Shown: positions 10,088-22,000 of the stretch, piece after piece
How the letters are laid out: the number at the start of each line of letters is the position of its first letter
Numbering within the stretch: the first letter of the stretch is position 1
Origin: an uncultured Candidatus Peribacteria bacterium
GTDB taxonomy: Bacteria > Patescibacteriota > Gracilibacteria > UBA1369 > GCA-2718715
DNA length: 64,000 nt
Reading direction: 5' to 3'
Assembly: GCA_964451705.1 (NCBI GenBank)
Contig: CAYVIV010000001.1
Location: 62,807-126,806 of the forward strand
Notes under the pieces: generated by a model
Told to the model about the DNA's origin: nothing
What the model saw: only the letters and a program-made list of their open reading frames with translations
Database searches by the model: none
Program-made: the position numbers and the translations under genes

Positions 10088-10944
10088 TAGTGATAGGTTA
10101 CTATTTCTTGATTTAAAAAATTTTCAACTTCAGGAATTTGTAAGATTGCCTCTACAGCTTGGGTGTCGAAATTATTTGACAAGCTTGTGTAATGTTCAGT
10201 GCTAATTGCCGCCAGCTGGAACTCCTGAATTTGACTAGCATTTAATGTAACGCAGCTATACGTATTGTGACTTGATGGCATTTGTTTTTGGACTTCCTGT
10301 AAGAGTGTCTCTCTATATTGTAGTAGAGCAGCACTGGTTATAATTTCTGTTATTTTAGATATACGTTTTGTAACTACTGTATTCATATCGGTGTAATGTT
10401 CATATTGGTACTTTAGTTGGTTTTGTTTTTCAACAAATAGCTGTTCAATTTGATTCAGAGATAGGCCAACAGTTGAGCTACTGAGTGCAAATCTATGCCC
10501 GATGTCACTTAAAAAGAAACCTAGGCCAGAGCTGCCACAAGCAGCATGTCCAATAAATGAATATATACTACCATTGGCTGTTTTGGTTTGTTTGCATATG
10601 TGTTCTATGTTGTCGGAAAGCTGTTGGCTACCACCATCTGAGTTTAGAAAGAGCATTAGGTTTACTGACTCTAGCATAAATTCTTGTATTGTTTTGAGAG
10701 GGATCTTAACTATTTTTCTGTTAATTATTTTGCTAATTTTTTTTAACTCTTCAGAATTTGTATTTAGAGTGGTTTTTTGGTCTTGGAGAATTCCTTGATA
10801 TGTAAGTAATGTTGAAATTTGGCTAATGTCTGCTTTATAGGATAGTTGGTTTTCTAGGTCTGATATATAGCAAACAGGCCATAAAGCTGGATTCACTAAA
10901 CTACTGTCTGGATTTATGATAATACTTGTCGAGAGCTTTTGCAT
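10087..10944 (-). CDS. Hypothetical protein with a divergent ClpP/S14-fold-like core
   Basis: 285 aa. LFLNSDGGS...FIGHAACGSSGLGFFLSDIGHRFALSSS parallels the ClpP pattern INSPGG...GxAASMG...RFALPNS. The catalytic positions look altered. Its stop shares one nucleotide with the downstream start (TAATG). Confidence 0.4.
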   Translation of the reverse strand: MQKLSTSIIINPDSSLVNPALWPVCYISDLENQLSYKADISQISTLLTYQGILQDQKTTLNTNSEELKKISKIINRKIVKIPLKTIQEFMLESVNLMLFLNSDGGSQQLSDNIEHICKQTKTANGSIYSFIGHAACGSSGLGFFLSDIGHRFALSSSTVGLSLNQIEQLFVEKQNQLKYQYEHYTDMNTVVTKRISKITEIITSAALLQYRETLLQEVQKQMPSSHNTYSCVTLNASQIQEFQLAAISTEHYTSLSNNFDTQAVEAILQIPEVENFLNQEIVTYH

Positions 10945-11001
10945 AATCCCTATCTATTTCACCTAGAGTATAATCGCTTTTTGCGCCTTTAACAATTATA
11001 A

Positions 11002-12953
<1,952 letters not shown>

Positions 12954-12984
12954 AATTGCGATACTTAGTTTTTAATATATTATA

Positions 12985-13299
12985 ATGTACTGTGTTGTAG
13001 AGTTAGCTGGTCAGCAGTTTAAAGTCCAAAAAGGTGATAAAATCACTGTTAATCAGGTTTCTCATGAAGAAGGTTCTAAATTCGATGTAGATACAGTTTT
13101 GCTACAGTTCGATGCAGATGCCAAAGATATCAAGATTGGTACACCTGTTTTAAGTGGTGCTAAAGTAACTTTTAAAGTTTTAGAAAACAAAAAAACTGAT
13201 AAAGTCCGTGTTTATAAAATGCATGCTAAAAAGCGTTACAGAAGAAACAAGAGTCACCGTCAGCCAATTTCTGTTTTAGAAGTAGTAGCTGTAGCTTAA
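12985..13299 (+). CDS. rplU: 50S ribosomal protein L21
   Basis: 104 aa. It starts MYCVVELAGQQFKVQKGDKI and has a basic C-terminus. No rpmA follows it. Confidence 0.9.
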   Translation: MYCVVELAGQQFKVQKGDKITVNQVSHEEGSKFDVDTVLLQFDADAKDIKIGTPVLSGAKVTFKVLENKKTDKVRVYKMHAKKRYRRNKSHRQPISVLEVVAVA

Positions 13300-13343
13300 T
13301 TTGCTAGCTTAGCTTTTGTCAGATTTTAGAATTATAGATCATC

Positions 13344-14273
13344 TTATAGATGGTCTTTTTTGATGTCTAAAATGCTTTGAGGTTCTGGGAGCTCAAAACT
13401 ATATTTTTCGCCAAATAATTCAAACTCGAGTTTGTAGGCTTGTAGAATCTGTTTGTCGATATTGTAGTATTTTATTAGGGCTTGGTTATCTTTTTTGTTG
13501 CCATACTTGCTGTCGCCACAGATAGGCAGGCCAATCGATCGTAGGTGTACCCGAATTTGATGTGTACGTCCGGTTTCTATCTTGATATCTAGTGTGCTAA
13601 AGGCATCTGAAAAATTTGGGTTTTTAAAACTTTCTAATAGTTTAAAGTGAGTAATAGCATTTTTAGCTTTTTGTGAGATAGAAATTTGCACTTTAGTTGG
13701 GTCAATAGGACTTTGCATGAGTGGCGCATCTATTGTGCCACTTGTACTTTTGGGGATACCAAAAACCAGGCAGCGGTAATGTTTGTCTATTTTGCGTTCG
13801 GCAAATATTTTTTGGAGTTCATAGTGTGTTTTGTCATTTTTAGCAATCAGCAAGAGTCCAGAAGTATCTTTATCGATACGATGAACTAATCCAGGTCTTA
13901 ATGGAGCGCCAACTGTAGAGAGCTGTTTGTTGTGGTGCAAGAGAATGTTAATCAGGGTTTTTTCCTCTAATTTACTAATAGAGGGGTGTACAGTTATTCC
14001 TTGTGGCTTGTTTATGACAAAAAAATCATCGTTTTCAAAAACAACTTCTAGTTCTCCTGGCATGGCTTTTATAATGGACTCTGGTTTAAATGCTTCAAAC
14101 TCTATTAAATCACCTTCGGTTAATTTGAAGTTTTTGCTTATTTGTTCTCCATTTACGGTTGTAAGACCTAGTTCTATAGCTTTTTGGACTCGACTTCTGG
14201 TGATATCTGTATTGGCTGTCAGAAACTTATCTATTCTTACTCCGTGATTGTCAAAATCTATTTTGAATTGCAT
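13344..14273 (-). CDS. rluD: 23S rRNA pseudouridine synthase, RluD family
   Basis: 309 aa. An S4-like N-terminus is followed by the catalytic motif HRIDKDTSGLLLIAK and by GRTHQIRVH. Confidence 0.85.
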   Translation of the reverse strand: MQFKIDFDNHGVRIDKFLTANTDITRSRVQKAIELGLTTVNGEQISKNFKLTEGDLIEFEAFKPESIIKAMPGELEVVFENDDFFVINKPQGITVHPSISKLEEKTLINILLHHNKQLSTVGAPLRPGLVHRIDKDTSGLLLIAKNDKTHYELQKIFAERKIDKHYRCLVFGIPKSTSGTIDAPLMQSPIDPTKVQISISQKAKNAITHFKLLESFKNPNFSDAFSTLDIKIETGRTHQIRVHLRSIGLPICGDSKYGNKKDNQALIKYYNIDKQILQAYKLEFELFGEKYSFELPEPQSILDIKKDHL

Positions 14274-14312
14274 AACTCGATTTTATACTAGTTTTTGCTT
14301 TTGTCAAAGAAC

Positions 14313-14341
14313 TTGTGATGTGAGCATGGGTAGATTATAAT
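14313..14341 (+). promoter_or_regulatory. Putative promoter of the tyrS fusion gene (TTGTGA, 17-nt spacer, TATAAT)
   Basis: The -35-like TTGTGA is at 14313-14318 and a perfect TATAAT is at 14336-14341. The ATG lies 22 nt downstream. Confidence 0.35.
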
Positions 14342-14363
14342 TTTTGTGATTTAAATTTAGTTT

Positions 14364-16271
14364 ATGAAGATTTCAGTAAGCTCACAGATATTTGACTCTA
14401 TTTCGAATTTGCACTCAAACTTTGTCTATGTGGAGGGGCTGGAATTCAAGCAAGATATGCAACATGAGCTGTATGATGGTTTAAACGAAGTTTTTTCTAG
14501 ATTGCGAGGTCATAAATCTATATCTGAAGATAAACAAATTCAAATTTACCAGGATGTATTAGAACAAATTGGTTTGGCCCACGCTTCGGTTTCGACAAAA
14601 AAGATGGTCGATTTGATTGTAGAAAAGAAAAAAGATTTAATTTTGCACCATCCTATTATAGATTTTTATAACTATTTTAGTTTACATACTTTAACGCCAA
14701 TTGGTGCTTACGATGTGGATCGTATAGATGGGGATATTTTGATTAGAAAATCTAATCCCACAGATAGTTTTAAAAAACTTGGCCAAAGCAAGTCTGATAA
14801 AGTAACACATGATTCTGTAGTAATGGCAGATAATGTTGATATTATGTGTTTGGACTGGGTTTATAAGCAGTCTGAAGGACAGAAGATTAGACCTCGTACA
14901 AAAAATGTACTATTTAGAATCGAGTCTCTTAACGATGAGATTGCAAATGCTAAACTCTTGAATGAATTTAAAGAAGATTTGTCTAAATTTTTTAATTTTA
15001 AAACTATTCAGATTGAAACTTTAACTAATTCAGATCCGGAATCTACAATTAAGCTATCAAAAGAGGCAACTGCGCGAAGGGATAGGTACCAAGATTATAC
15101 AGATATTTTAGCTCGTGGAGTTTCGGATGTGATAGTCTACGATGATTTAATGGCGGACTTGATAGAAGGTAAAAAGTTGAAGGTCAAACATGGAGTTGAC
15201 CCAACTAAAAGATCTCTTACGCTTGGGCATGCTGTTAACTATGAAAAACTTCGGCAATTTCAGCAGAGGGGACACGAAATCCAGTTTTTAATTGGTTCTT
15301 TCACTGCTATGTTTGGAGATCCTACAGATAAGTCTGAGTCTCGAACTATGAGGACCAAGCAAGAGGTCATGGATATGGCTAAAAACTATATTCAGCAGGT
15401 AACTATGATTTTAGATAAGTCGAAGCTTAAGGTTTTTTATAATGATAAGTGGTACTCTAAAATGCCTGTCGAAGAGTTTTTACGGCTTTTATCATCCAGC
15501 ACTGTTGCGCGTATGTTAGAGCGAGATATGTTTCAAAAAAGAATTGAGGATGGACGAGAGATTGGTTTGCATGAGCTTATTTATCCTATTTTGCAAGGTT
15601 ATGACTCTGTAGAAATGCAGTCAGATTTAACAGTTATTGGTACAGATCAAACATTTAATGAGCTGCAAGCTAGACCTTTGCAGAAAGATAGGGGACTAAA
15701 GCCTCAGAATGTAATTAGTATGCACATGTTGCTTGGGACAGATGGTAAACTTTTAATGAGCCAATCTCAGGGGAATTATATAGCAATGGATGACACTGTT
15801 GATGATAAATTCGGTAAATTAATGAGCATCCCAGATTCGGCAATCCAAACGTATGCCAATGCTTTGTCGCGGTACTCACGTAAGGAATTGCAGGCTTTGT
15901 TTTCTCGTTTGGATGCTGGGGAGAACCCACGTAATGTCAAAATGGATTTAGCAGAGCATATTGTTGCAAATTTTCACGGTGAGAAGGCGGCTCAAAAAGC
16001 TCGAGCAGGATTTAAGGAAATTTTTCAAAATAAAGGCCTGCCCGAAGATATGCCTAAATTTGTTGCTAAACCTGAGCACACAATTCTAGAGATTTTGCAG
16101 TTGTCATCACTGGTAACCAGTGGTTCTCAAGCCCGAAGGTTAATAGCTCAAGGTGCGGTGAAGGTGTATGAAGGTGATAAGATTATGGATGTCTCTATGA
16201 GTTTTAAAGCAGGTCAAAAGCTAGTCCTGCAGGTTGGTAAACTTAAATTTTTGGATTTAACAATTGAATAG
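14364..16271 (+). CDS. tyrS: Tyrosine--tRNA ligase fused to an N-terminal B3/B4 (PheRS-beta editing-like) domain
   Basis: 635 aa. Residues ~90-190 (HHPIIDFYNYFSLHTLTPIGAYDVDRIDGDILIRKS...RTKNVLFRIES) fit the solitary B3/B4 domain pattern. Residues ~245-635 are a TyrZ-type TyrRS: GVDPTKRSLTLGH, FLIGSFTAMFGDPTDKSESR, GKLLMSQSQGNYI, KFGKLMSIPDS and a C-terminal S4 domain (SGSQARRLIAQGAVKV). Confidence 0.8.
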   Translation: MKISVSSQIFDSISNLHSNFVYVEGLEFKQDMQHELYDGLNEVFSRLRGHKSISEDKQIQIYQDVLEQIGLAHASVSTKKMVDLIVEKKKDLILHHPIIDFYNYFSLHTLTPIGAYDVDRIDGDILIRKSNPTDSFKKLGQSKSDKVTHDSVVMADNVDIMCLDWVYKQSEGQKIRPRTKNVLFRIESLNDEIANAKLLNEFKEDLSKFFNFKTIQIETLTNSDPESTIKLSKEATARRDRYQDYTDILARGVSDVIVYDDLMADLIEGKKLKVKHGVDPTKRSLTLGHAVNYEKLRQFQQRGHEIQFLIGSFTAMFGDPTDKSESRTMRTKQEVMDMAKNYIQQVTMILDKSKLKVFYNDKWYSKMPVEEFLRLLSSSTVARMLERDMFQKRIEDGREIGLHELIYPILQGYDSVEMQSDLTVIGTDQTFNELQARPLQKDRGLKPQNVISMHMLLGTDGKLLMSQSQGNYIAMDDTVDDKFGKLMSIPDSAIQTYANALSRYSRKELQALFSRLDAGENPRNVKMDLAEHIVANFHGEKAAQKARAGFKEIFQNKGLPEDMPKFVAKPEHTILEILQLSSLVTSGSQARRLIAQGAVKVYEGDKIMDVSMSFKAGQKLVLQVGKLKFLDLTIE

Positions 16272-16280
16272 TTTTTACTT

Positions 16281-18320
16281 ATGTTAAATGCGTCTTTAAA
16301 AGATTCTATTAGAACTACTCGTGGTCATCTAGATGCACTTTCTGGAATGGGTATTAATACTGTGCATGATTTGCTCTTTAATTTTCCTTGGCGTTATAGT
16401 GATGAGACTAAAATGGCTAGTGTTACAGATTTAAATGGCTTGGAGGCTCGTAGTGTCTCTGGGAAACTCAAGCAACTGCGTTCTGGACGCACACGAAATG
16501 GTAAATTTATGTTAAATGCCGTGTTTTACGACGAAACAGGGGAGGTAGATGTTATGTGGTTTAACCAGCAATATCTTTCTAGGATTTTTAAAAATGATAT
16601 GGAGGTTATTTTAACTGGAAAAATAAAATGGTCTGGCTCAAGAGGCAAGATGCTGAGCCCACGCCACGAAATTCCTAAGGCTGGAGTAGACTTAATCCAT
16701 TCGGGCAGGGTAGTACCCGTGTATCATGAGAACTCTAAGATTAATTCCAAATGGTTGCGAGAAAAAATTCAGCCATTATTGTATTTGACAAACATGATAG
16801 AAGATCCCCTACCAGAGGAGATTAAATCTGAGAATAAACTTATGACTCTTGGCGAGGCTGTAAATCAGGTTCATTTTCCAGACTCACAAGAGGATTTGTT
16901 AAAAGCAAGAAAAAGACTGGGATTCGATGAAATGTTTGCAATTCAGTTAGGTGTCCTCAATAGAAAGTTGCAGTTTCAGCAAGACACGCAGGAGGTTTCG
17001 AAATTAGTAGACATTGATTATGATTTAATAGAGGAATTTAAGTCTAAATTACCATTTGAATTGACTAATGCTCAGTTGCGTACTATCAAAGAAATTTTAC
17101 AAGATATTTCCTCCCCACGAATTATGAATCGATTGCTAGAAGGAGATGTGGGTGCAGGTAAAACTTTGGTGGCATGTATTTGTCTGCTTGTGGTCATCAA
17201 GTCTGGTTACCAGGGTGTTTTTATGGCCCCCACCGAAATATTAGCAAAACAACATTACAAAAACTTAATAAAAACCCTACAACCATTTGGCATAAATATT
17301 CAATTATTGACGGGCTCGTTAACAAAAAAGCAAAAGCAACTAGTTGCATCTGGCCTTGCTACCAAAACAGTAGACCTGGTAGTTGGCACGCATGCGGTAA
17401 TTCAAGATGGTATAGAATTTGTTAATTTAGGTTTGGCTGTTGTCGATGAGCAACATCGCTTTGGTGTCAATCAAAGGTCTGTGTTTAAGAAATTTGGAAA
17501 ACCTCACATGCTTTCTATGACAGCCACACCAATTCCACGAACATTAGCCTTAACTTTATATGGCGATCAGGAATTATCGATTTTAGACGAAAAACCTATG
17601 GGCCGTAGCCCAATCATTACGCGTTGTGTGCCAAGTTCCAAAAGGAAGGAAGCTTATTTGTGGATAGAAGATCAACTAACAAAAGGTCGTCAAGCATTTG
17701 TGGTATGTCCTTTAATAGACCCTTCAGATGCTATTGCGGCCAAATCTGTAGTACAGGAATATGAGCGCTTACGAGATATTGTATTTCCAAACAGGCGTAT
17801 TGGTTTAGTGCATGGAAGATTAAAACAAGATCAAAAAGATGAGATAATGTTGCAGTTTAAAAATAATGAACTAGATATTTTGGTAGCAACTACCGTTATA
17901 GAGGTTGGTATCGATATCCCTAATGCTTCGATTATGGTCATTGAAGCCTGTGAAAGATTTGGTCTCGCACAGTTGCATCAATTGCGTGGTCGAGTTGGTA
18001 GAGGAGTCCACCAAAGTTATTGTTTTTTGTTTCCAGAAACCTACTCACAAACTACAAGAAAACGTATGCAAGCCATGGTTCAGTACGATGATGGTTTTAA
18101 ACTTTCAGAGATCGATTTAGAGCTCCGTGGTCCAGGAGAGGTCTATGGAGTGCGTCAATCAGGAATTCCAGATTTAAAGATGGCAAGCCTGGCCGACACC
18201 AAACTTGTGAAGGCAGCAGCCAAGGCTGCGGAGTATGTTATGCAGCACTATGCTGGCACACGTGAACATGCCAGAATTGTGCAAAACTACCAGGTTTCAA
18301 TATCGGAGATAGATTACTAG
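16281..18320 (+). CDS. recG: ATP-dependent DNA helicase RecG
   Basis: 679 aa. An OB wedge N domain is followed by Walker A GDVGAGKT, DEQHRFGV and QLRGRVGRG. Confidence 0.95.
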   Translation: MLNASLKDSIRTTRGHLDALSGMGINTVHDLLFNFPWRYSDETKMASVTDLNGLEARSVSGKLKQLRSGRTRNGKFMLNAVFYDETGEVDVMWFNQQYLSRIFKNDMEVILTGKIKWSGSRGKMLSPRHEIPKAGVDLIHSGRVVPVYHENSKINSKWLREKIQPLLYLTNMIEDPLPEEIKSENKLMTLGEAVNQVHFPDSQEDLLKARKRLGFDEMFAIQLGVLNRKLQFQQDTQEVSKLVDIDYDLIEEFKSKLPFELTNAQLRTIKEILQDISSPRIMNRLLEGDVGAGKTLVACICLLVVIKSGYQGVFMAPTEILAKQHYKNLIKTLQPFGINIQLLTGSLTKKQKQLVASGLATKTVDLVVGTHAVIQDGIEFVNLGLAVVDEQHRFGVNQRSVFKKFGKPHMLSMTATPIPRTLALTLYGDQELSILDEKPMGRSPIITRCVPSSKRKEAYLWIEDQLTKGRQAFVVCPLIDPSDAIAAKSVVQEYERLRDIVFPNRRIGLVHGRLKQDQKDEIMLQFKNNELDILVATTVIEVGIDIPNASIMVIEACERFGLAQLHQLRGRVGRGVHQSYCFLFPETYSQTTRKRMQAMVQYDDGFKLSEIDLELRGPGEVYGVRQSGIPDLKMASLADTKLVKAAAKAAEYVMQHYAGTREHARIVQNYQVSISEIDY

Positions 18321-18743
18321 TTATTTTATATTTATATCTTTTGTCAAGCGGGGTGAGGGGGACTCTAGCTGATTGCAAACTAGGGGAATTAAAAATTTTT
18401 GCAAATAAAATTTTTTGGCAGGCAAATTTGTAAAAATTTATGAAGGTTGGGCAAAATTAAAAAAATCTAAATTAGAGATAAATTTGGCCTATACACATAT
18501 GAAAATTTAAAAATCTAAATTTAGCTTTTAATATAAAGGTATCTATGCTCATTAAATTTATAAAAAGCTCTTAGAATCGAATATAGGAGGTCGCCATAAG
18601 AGTTTAAATGATATTATGCCAGATTAAAACCGGGGTAGCTATAGATTGGCTTTAACTACTAGTGTTAGTTCGCACAAGATACATTGTGCGGTATAACATT
18701 GCGGGTCAAACTTGAGAAGGTTTTGCACAAAATTCAATAAGAT

Positions 18744-18780
18744 CAAAAAAACCACAACCCTGTTTTATATGAGTTGTGGT
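18744..18780 (-). terminator. Rho-independent terminator of the 24166-18805 operon
   Basis: The minus strand reads ACCACAAC-(14-nt loop)-GTTGTGGT followed by TTTTTTT. It starts 25 nt after the stop of the 61-aa ORF. Confidence 0.6.
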
Positions 18781-18804
18781 CTATTGACTCTTGGCTCTTG
18801 CTGA

Positions 18805-18990
18805 CTAACTTTTTATTAAATGGTAGAATTCTTTAATATTTATAACTAGCACTCTAAGAGCTAATAGGCTTAAAGCAATTACTATATAGTTACTATATTC
18901 AGGGTAATATTCGAGCCCCTGGATTCCTAAGAAATAAAATATAGCTAAGGATATGATGGTTTGAAGAATGATGAGATTACTTTGTTTCAT
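18805..18990 (-). CDS. Small two-TM membrane peptide, unknown function
   Basis: 61 aa with two hydrophobic helices (LIILQTIISLAIFYFLGI; YIVIALSLLALRVLVI). It lies 19 nt downstream of the 1136-aa ORF and just upstream of the terminator. Confidence 0.5.
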   Translation of the reverse strand: MKQSNLIILQTIISLAIFYFLGIQGLEYYPEYSNYIVIALSLLALRVLVINIKEFYHLIKS

Positions 18991-19009
18991 TATAAAATTT
19001 TGTTAGTTA

Positions 19010-22000
19010 TTAGAGTTGTGTTTTATGACCTGTTGCATAATATGCATTTTGTAGTTGCTGTTCGCTATAACCCCTCATGCTAATTACAGATAGAAGTTCA
19101 GCTTCTAGACTTCTATTATTAAGGCCTTTAAAGTACAGTTTAGCTAGCTCATTTATATTCATTTGTAGTAACCTTCTTTTAAAGAGATTGAGTTTAGATA
19201 CATTACTGCTAACTTCATCTACACGTTCGTACCATCTTTTACGTTGCTCTTTTCTTTCTCCACTAAAGGCATATTTACCACTTTCATAGGCTGCATCTAA
19301 TGTTCCTGTTGCTGCATTACCTGCTGCCTTCCATGTTCCGCTAAAGGTACCGTGATTTATCAAAGGAAGACCTATAGATATGCCTAGGGTTGTTAGGAGA
19401 GTTTTTTCTGCTGCATTTAGAACTTTGAGACCTACGCTTCCACTGTTAATCAATTTGTCTGCAAGCTTAGCATAATTGCTCGTAGTATTGTTTTTTGCTA
19501 GGTGAGTAAATACTTTTAGTTCATCCTTATTTGCAATATTCGAAAGCTTTGTTAAGTCTTTACGATGTTTTAAAACAGTTGCAGTTAGTTCCTTAGCTTC
19601 GTTTATCAACCCTAAATTATTGTTTCTAAGTGCTTTAAAGTCTTGATTTGCATGCTTACTTAATTTTCTATTATTCATGTTTAATGCCTTTGCTAGAGTC
19701 TCATAGTTTGTGTAAGGCGTTCCATTAGGTTTCTTAAATATAGCTAGCAACTGTCTTTCTATTTGTGCTCGGCGGTGTGTTAAAGCAACTACTTGTGCGT
19801 TTACATCTTGAAACTTCTCAAAGGCTTTAGCACCAGCTTGCACAGCGGCTTTGTTGACTCCTAGCCCCGCAGTTAAGGCTGTTGCTACTTTATTGTTTAT
19901 GCCTCTACGCACGACTCTAATACCTTTCATAATTGGTTCAAGTGCTGTTTTACTAGCTCTGTAAATAGCTCTGGGGATTCTGTAACCTAGACCTAACACA
20001 CTAGATGCTGCTGCAGGTAGGAATGCTGCTGCATGAAAGACATTTGGTGCATTAATATAGGCTCTTGGATGAGTCCAGGCCCTACCTAGTCTATTGAAGC
20101 CTTGGAGGTTTTTACCAAAATGACTACTCCCCTCTGTGAATCCCCTCCAACCTTGTTTAAAGGTTTCTTTAGTTCTTGCAAGTGCTGTTAGTGGCTGTGA
20201 GGCGTCTACTAATTTATTGAGATCATTTGCTTTATCATATAGTTTATTTGCTGTATTTACTCTATTACCTATTATATGCCCAATTTTATTCCCTACTCTG
20301 GCTAATATAGGGGCTTTAGAACTTGCATGGGCGACTTTGGCAGCTCCTGTACCTAGTTTAGATCCAACGAGTGCAGCTCTTAAACCTACTCCAACTCCTC
20401 CAAATAAAGTTAAGACATCTGTACCAAGTTGTAATAAACCAAAACCTGCCGTAGTTACTCGTTCCCAGCCACTTAGCTTGTCTCCAGCTAATGTTTGGCC
20501 ACGAAAGACTTGAGTAAAGGTAAGTATGGTACCTAGAACTGGTACAAACATTCCGACTGTTTCTCCAACACTGACTCCTATTTTAGAGATAGATGAATTG
20601 CCACTAGTGGCATCTAGTAAATGTGGTAGTCCCACTACACCTCCAACTACCCCTGCCATTCCTACTCTCTTGATTGCACCATAACGAATCTCTTCGACAA
20701 TTTCTTCACCTGTTTTGCGAACTTGTGATTTGGTCACTTGCTGACTACTGATCTTATCCATGTCTTCTGCTGTAGTTTTTAGCAAAGTATCTGTTTGTTG
20801 CCCAGCTACTGTTTTAGATAGGCTTGTTCCAGAAGTTTTCAATCTACTGGCTTCATCGAAGGCAGCAGTGTAGGAACTAAAATGAGACTGGGCTTTTGCA
20901 TGGGCCGCTCTATGATTTGTTAGTTCTTCACTAATTTTCGTGCGAGATGTTTCGTCTGCAGCCTGAGATAGTTTTTCTAGTAAGTGTTTTTCTTGGCTTA
21001 AAGCTTTTTGGTTAAAGTCTTCAATGTACTGGCTAAACTGTCCCATTTTTTTATTGATATCTTTGCTGTTTAGATTACTGCTTTGCAGATTATCTATATC
21101 TGGAATTTTACTTACTAGTTTTTTCGTTTGATTAAATGCTTTCTCAGTAGTTGTAGCATTCCTAATTGTCTCTGAACTGGCATAGGCTAGTGTTCTACCA
21201 GCATTTACGTGAGATGCTTGAAACAAGTGGCCTTTCATAAAGCGTGGCCAGATCCTGGCAGCTCTGTAGAATGTTATTAGTCGTTGTCCAATAAAATCAT
21301 ACTTTGTGACTCCTGATACGTTGTCAAATGTTGCTAAAATTAAGAGTTCTAGTGGTAGTGATTTTAGGTCTCTTGCCATTAGTTTTAATTCTTGTTTGGC
21401 TGTTTCACTAAGTTTGTCATTAGAATTAATTGCTGCAATAAACTCAGTTTGGAAGGTGCTGACTCTACTTTCGGAGAGGAATCTTTTTAATTTCATTAAG
21501 TTAGCCTTTGTCTGTGCTGGTACTTTGGACATTACGTTATCATTCTTGATATTGCGTAACAGTGTGTCTAAGGTAAAGTGTTGTATTTGTCTTAGATGTC
21601 TTTTCTCGATGCCTATCTTAGTAGCAGCAGTTGCAAATATTTTTGCAGACCTGATGGATAGTGGAAGTCTAGATAAACCTGTGATTTTATCCAGTCCTAG
21701 CTGTCTAGATATTTTACCAAATGTACTTTGATCTTTGTTTTCATCTAGAAATACGTCATCTACCATATAGTTAATATCCTCCAAACTATCTACACCTGGT
21801 ACTTTAAGCTGACTATTTGCAATTGCATTATTTATAAGAGAGTTGATTTCACCATAGTTTTTACTAGTATCAAGAGCCTTTTTGATTTGTTGATACTGTC
21901 TGGGCGCAACTAGTTTTTCTAGTATATTCAGGGCAATTGTTTTTTTTCTTTGATTACTTTGCAAGCTAGCAATTGCACTTTTTTGCATTTCTTGTTTGTG

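Noticed and set aside
14274-14363. A T-box leader upstream of the tyrS fusion
   Set aside because: The spacer is only 90 nt, and I found no T-box consensus (AAUUAGGGUGGUACCGCG-like sequence).
18321-18804. tmRNA, RNase P RNA, SRP RNA or a tRNA in the long spacer
   Set aside because: I looked for a GGGG...UCGA acceptor/T-arm pair, an ACCA end complementary to the G-rich 5' element, the GGAA/AGCA SRP motif and the P4 consensus on both strands. None was found. The region is kept only as an unexplained non-coding finding.
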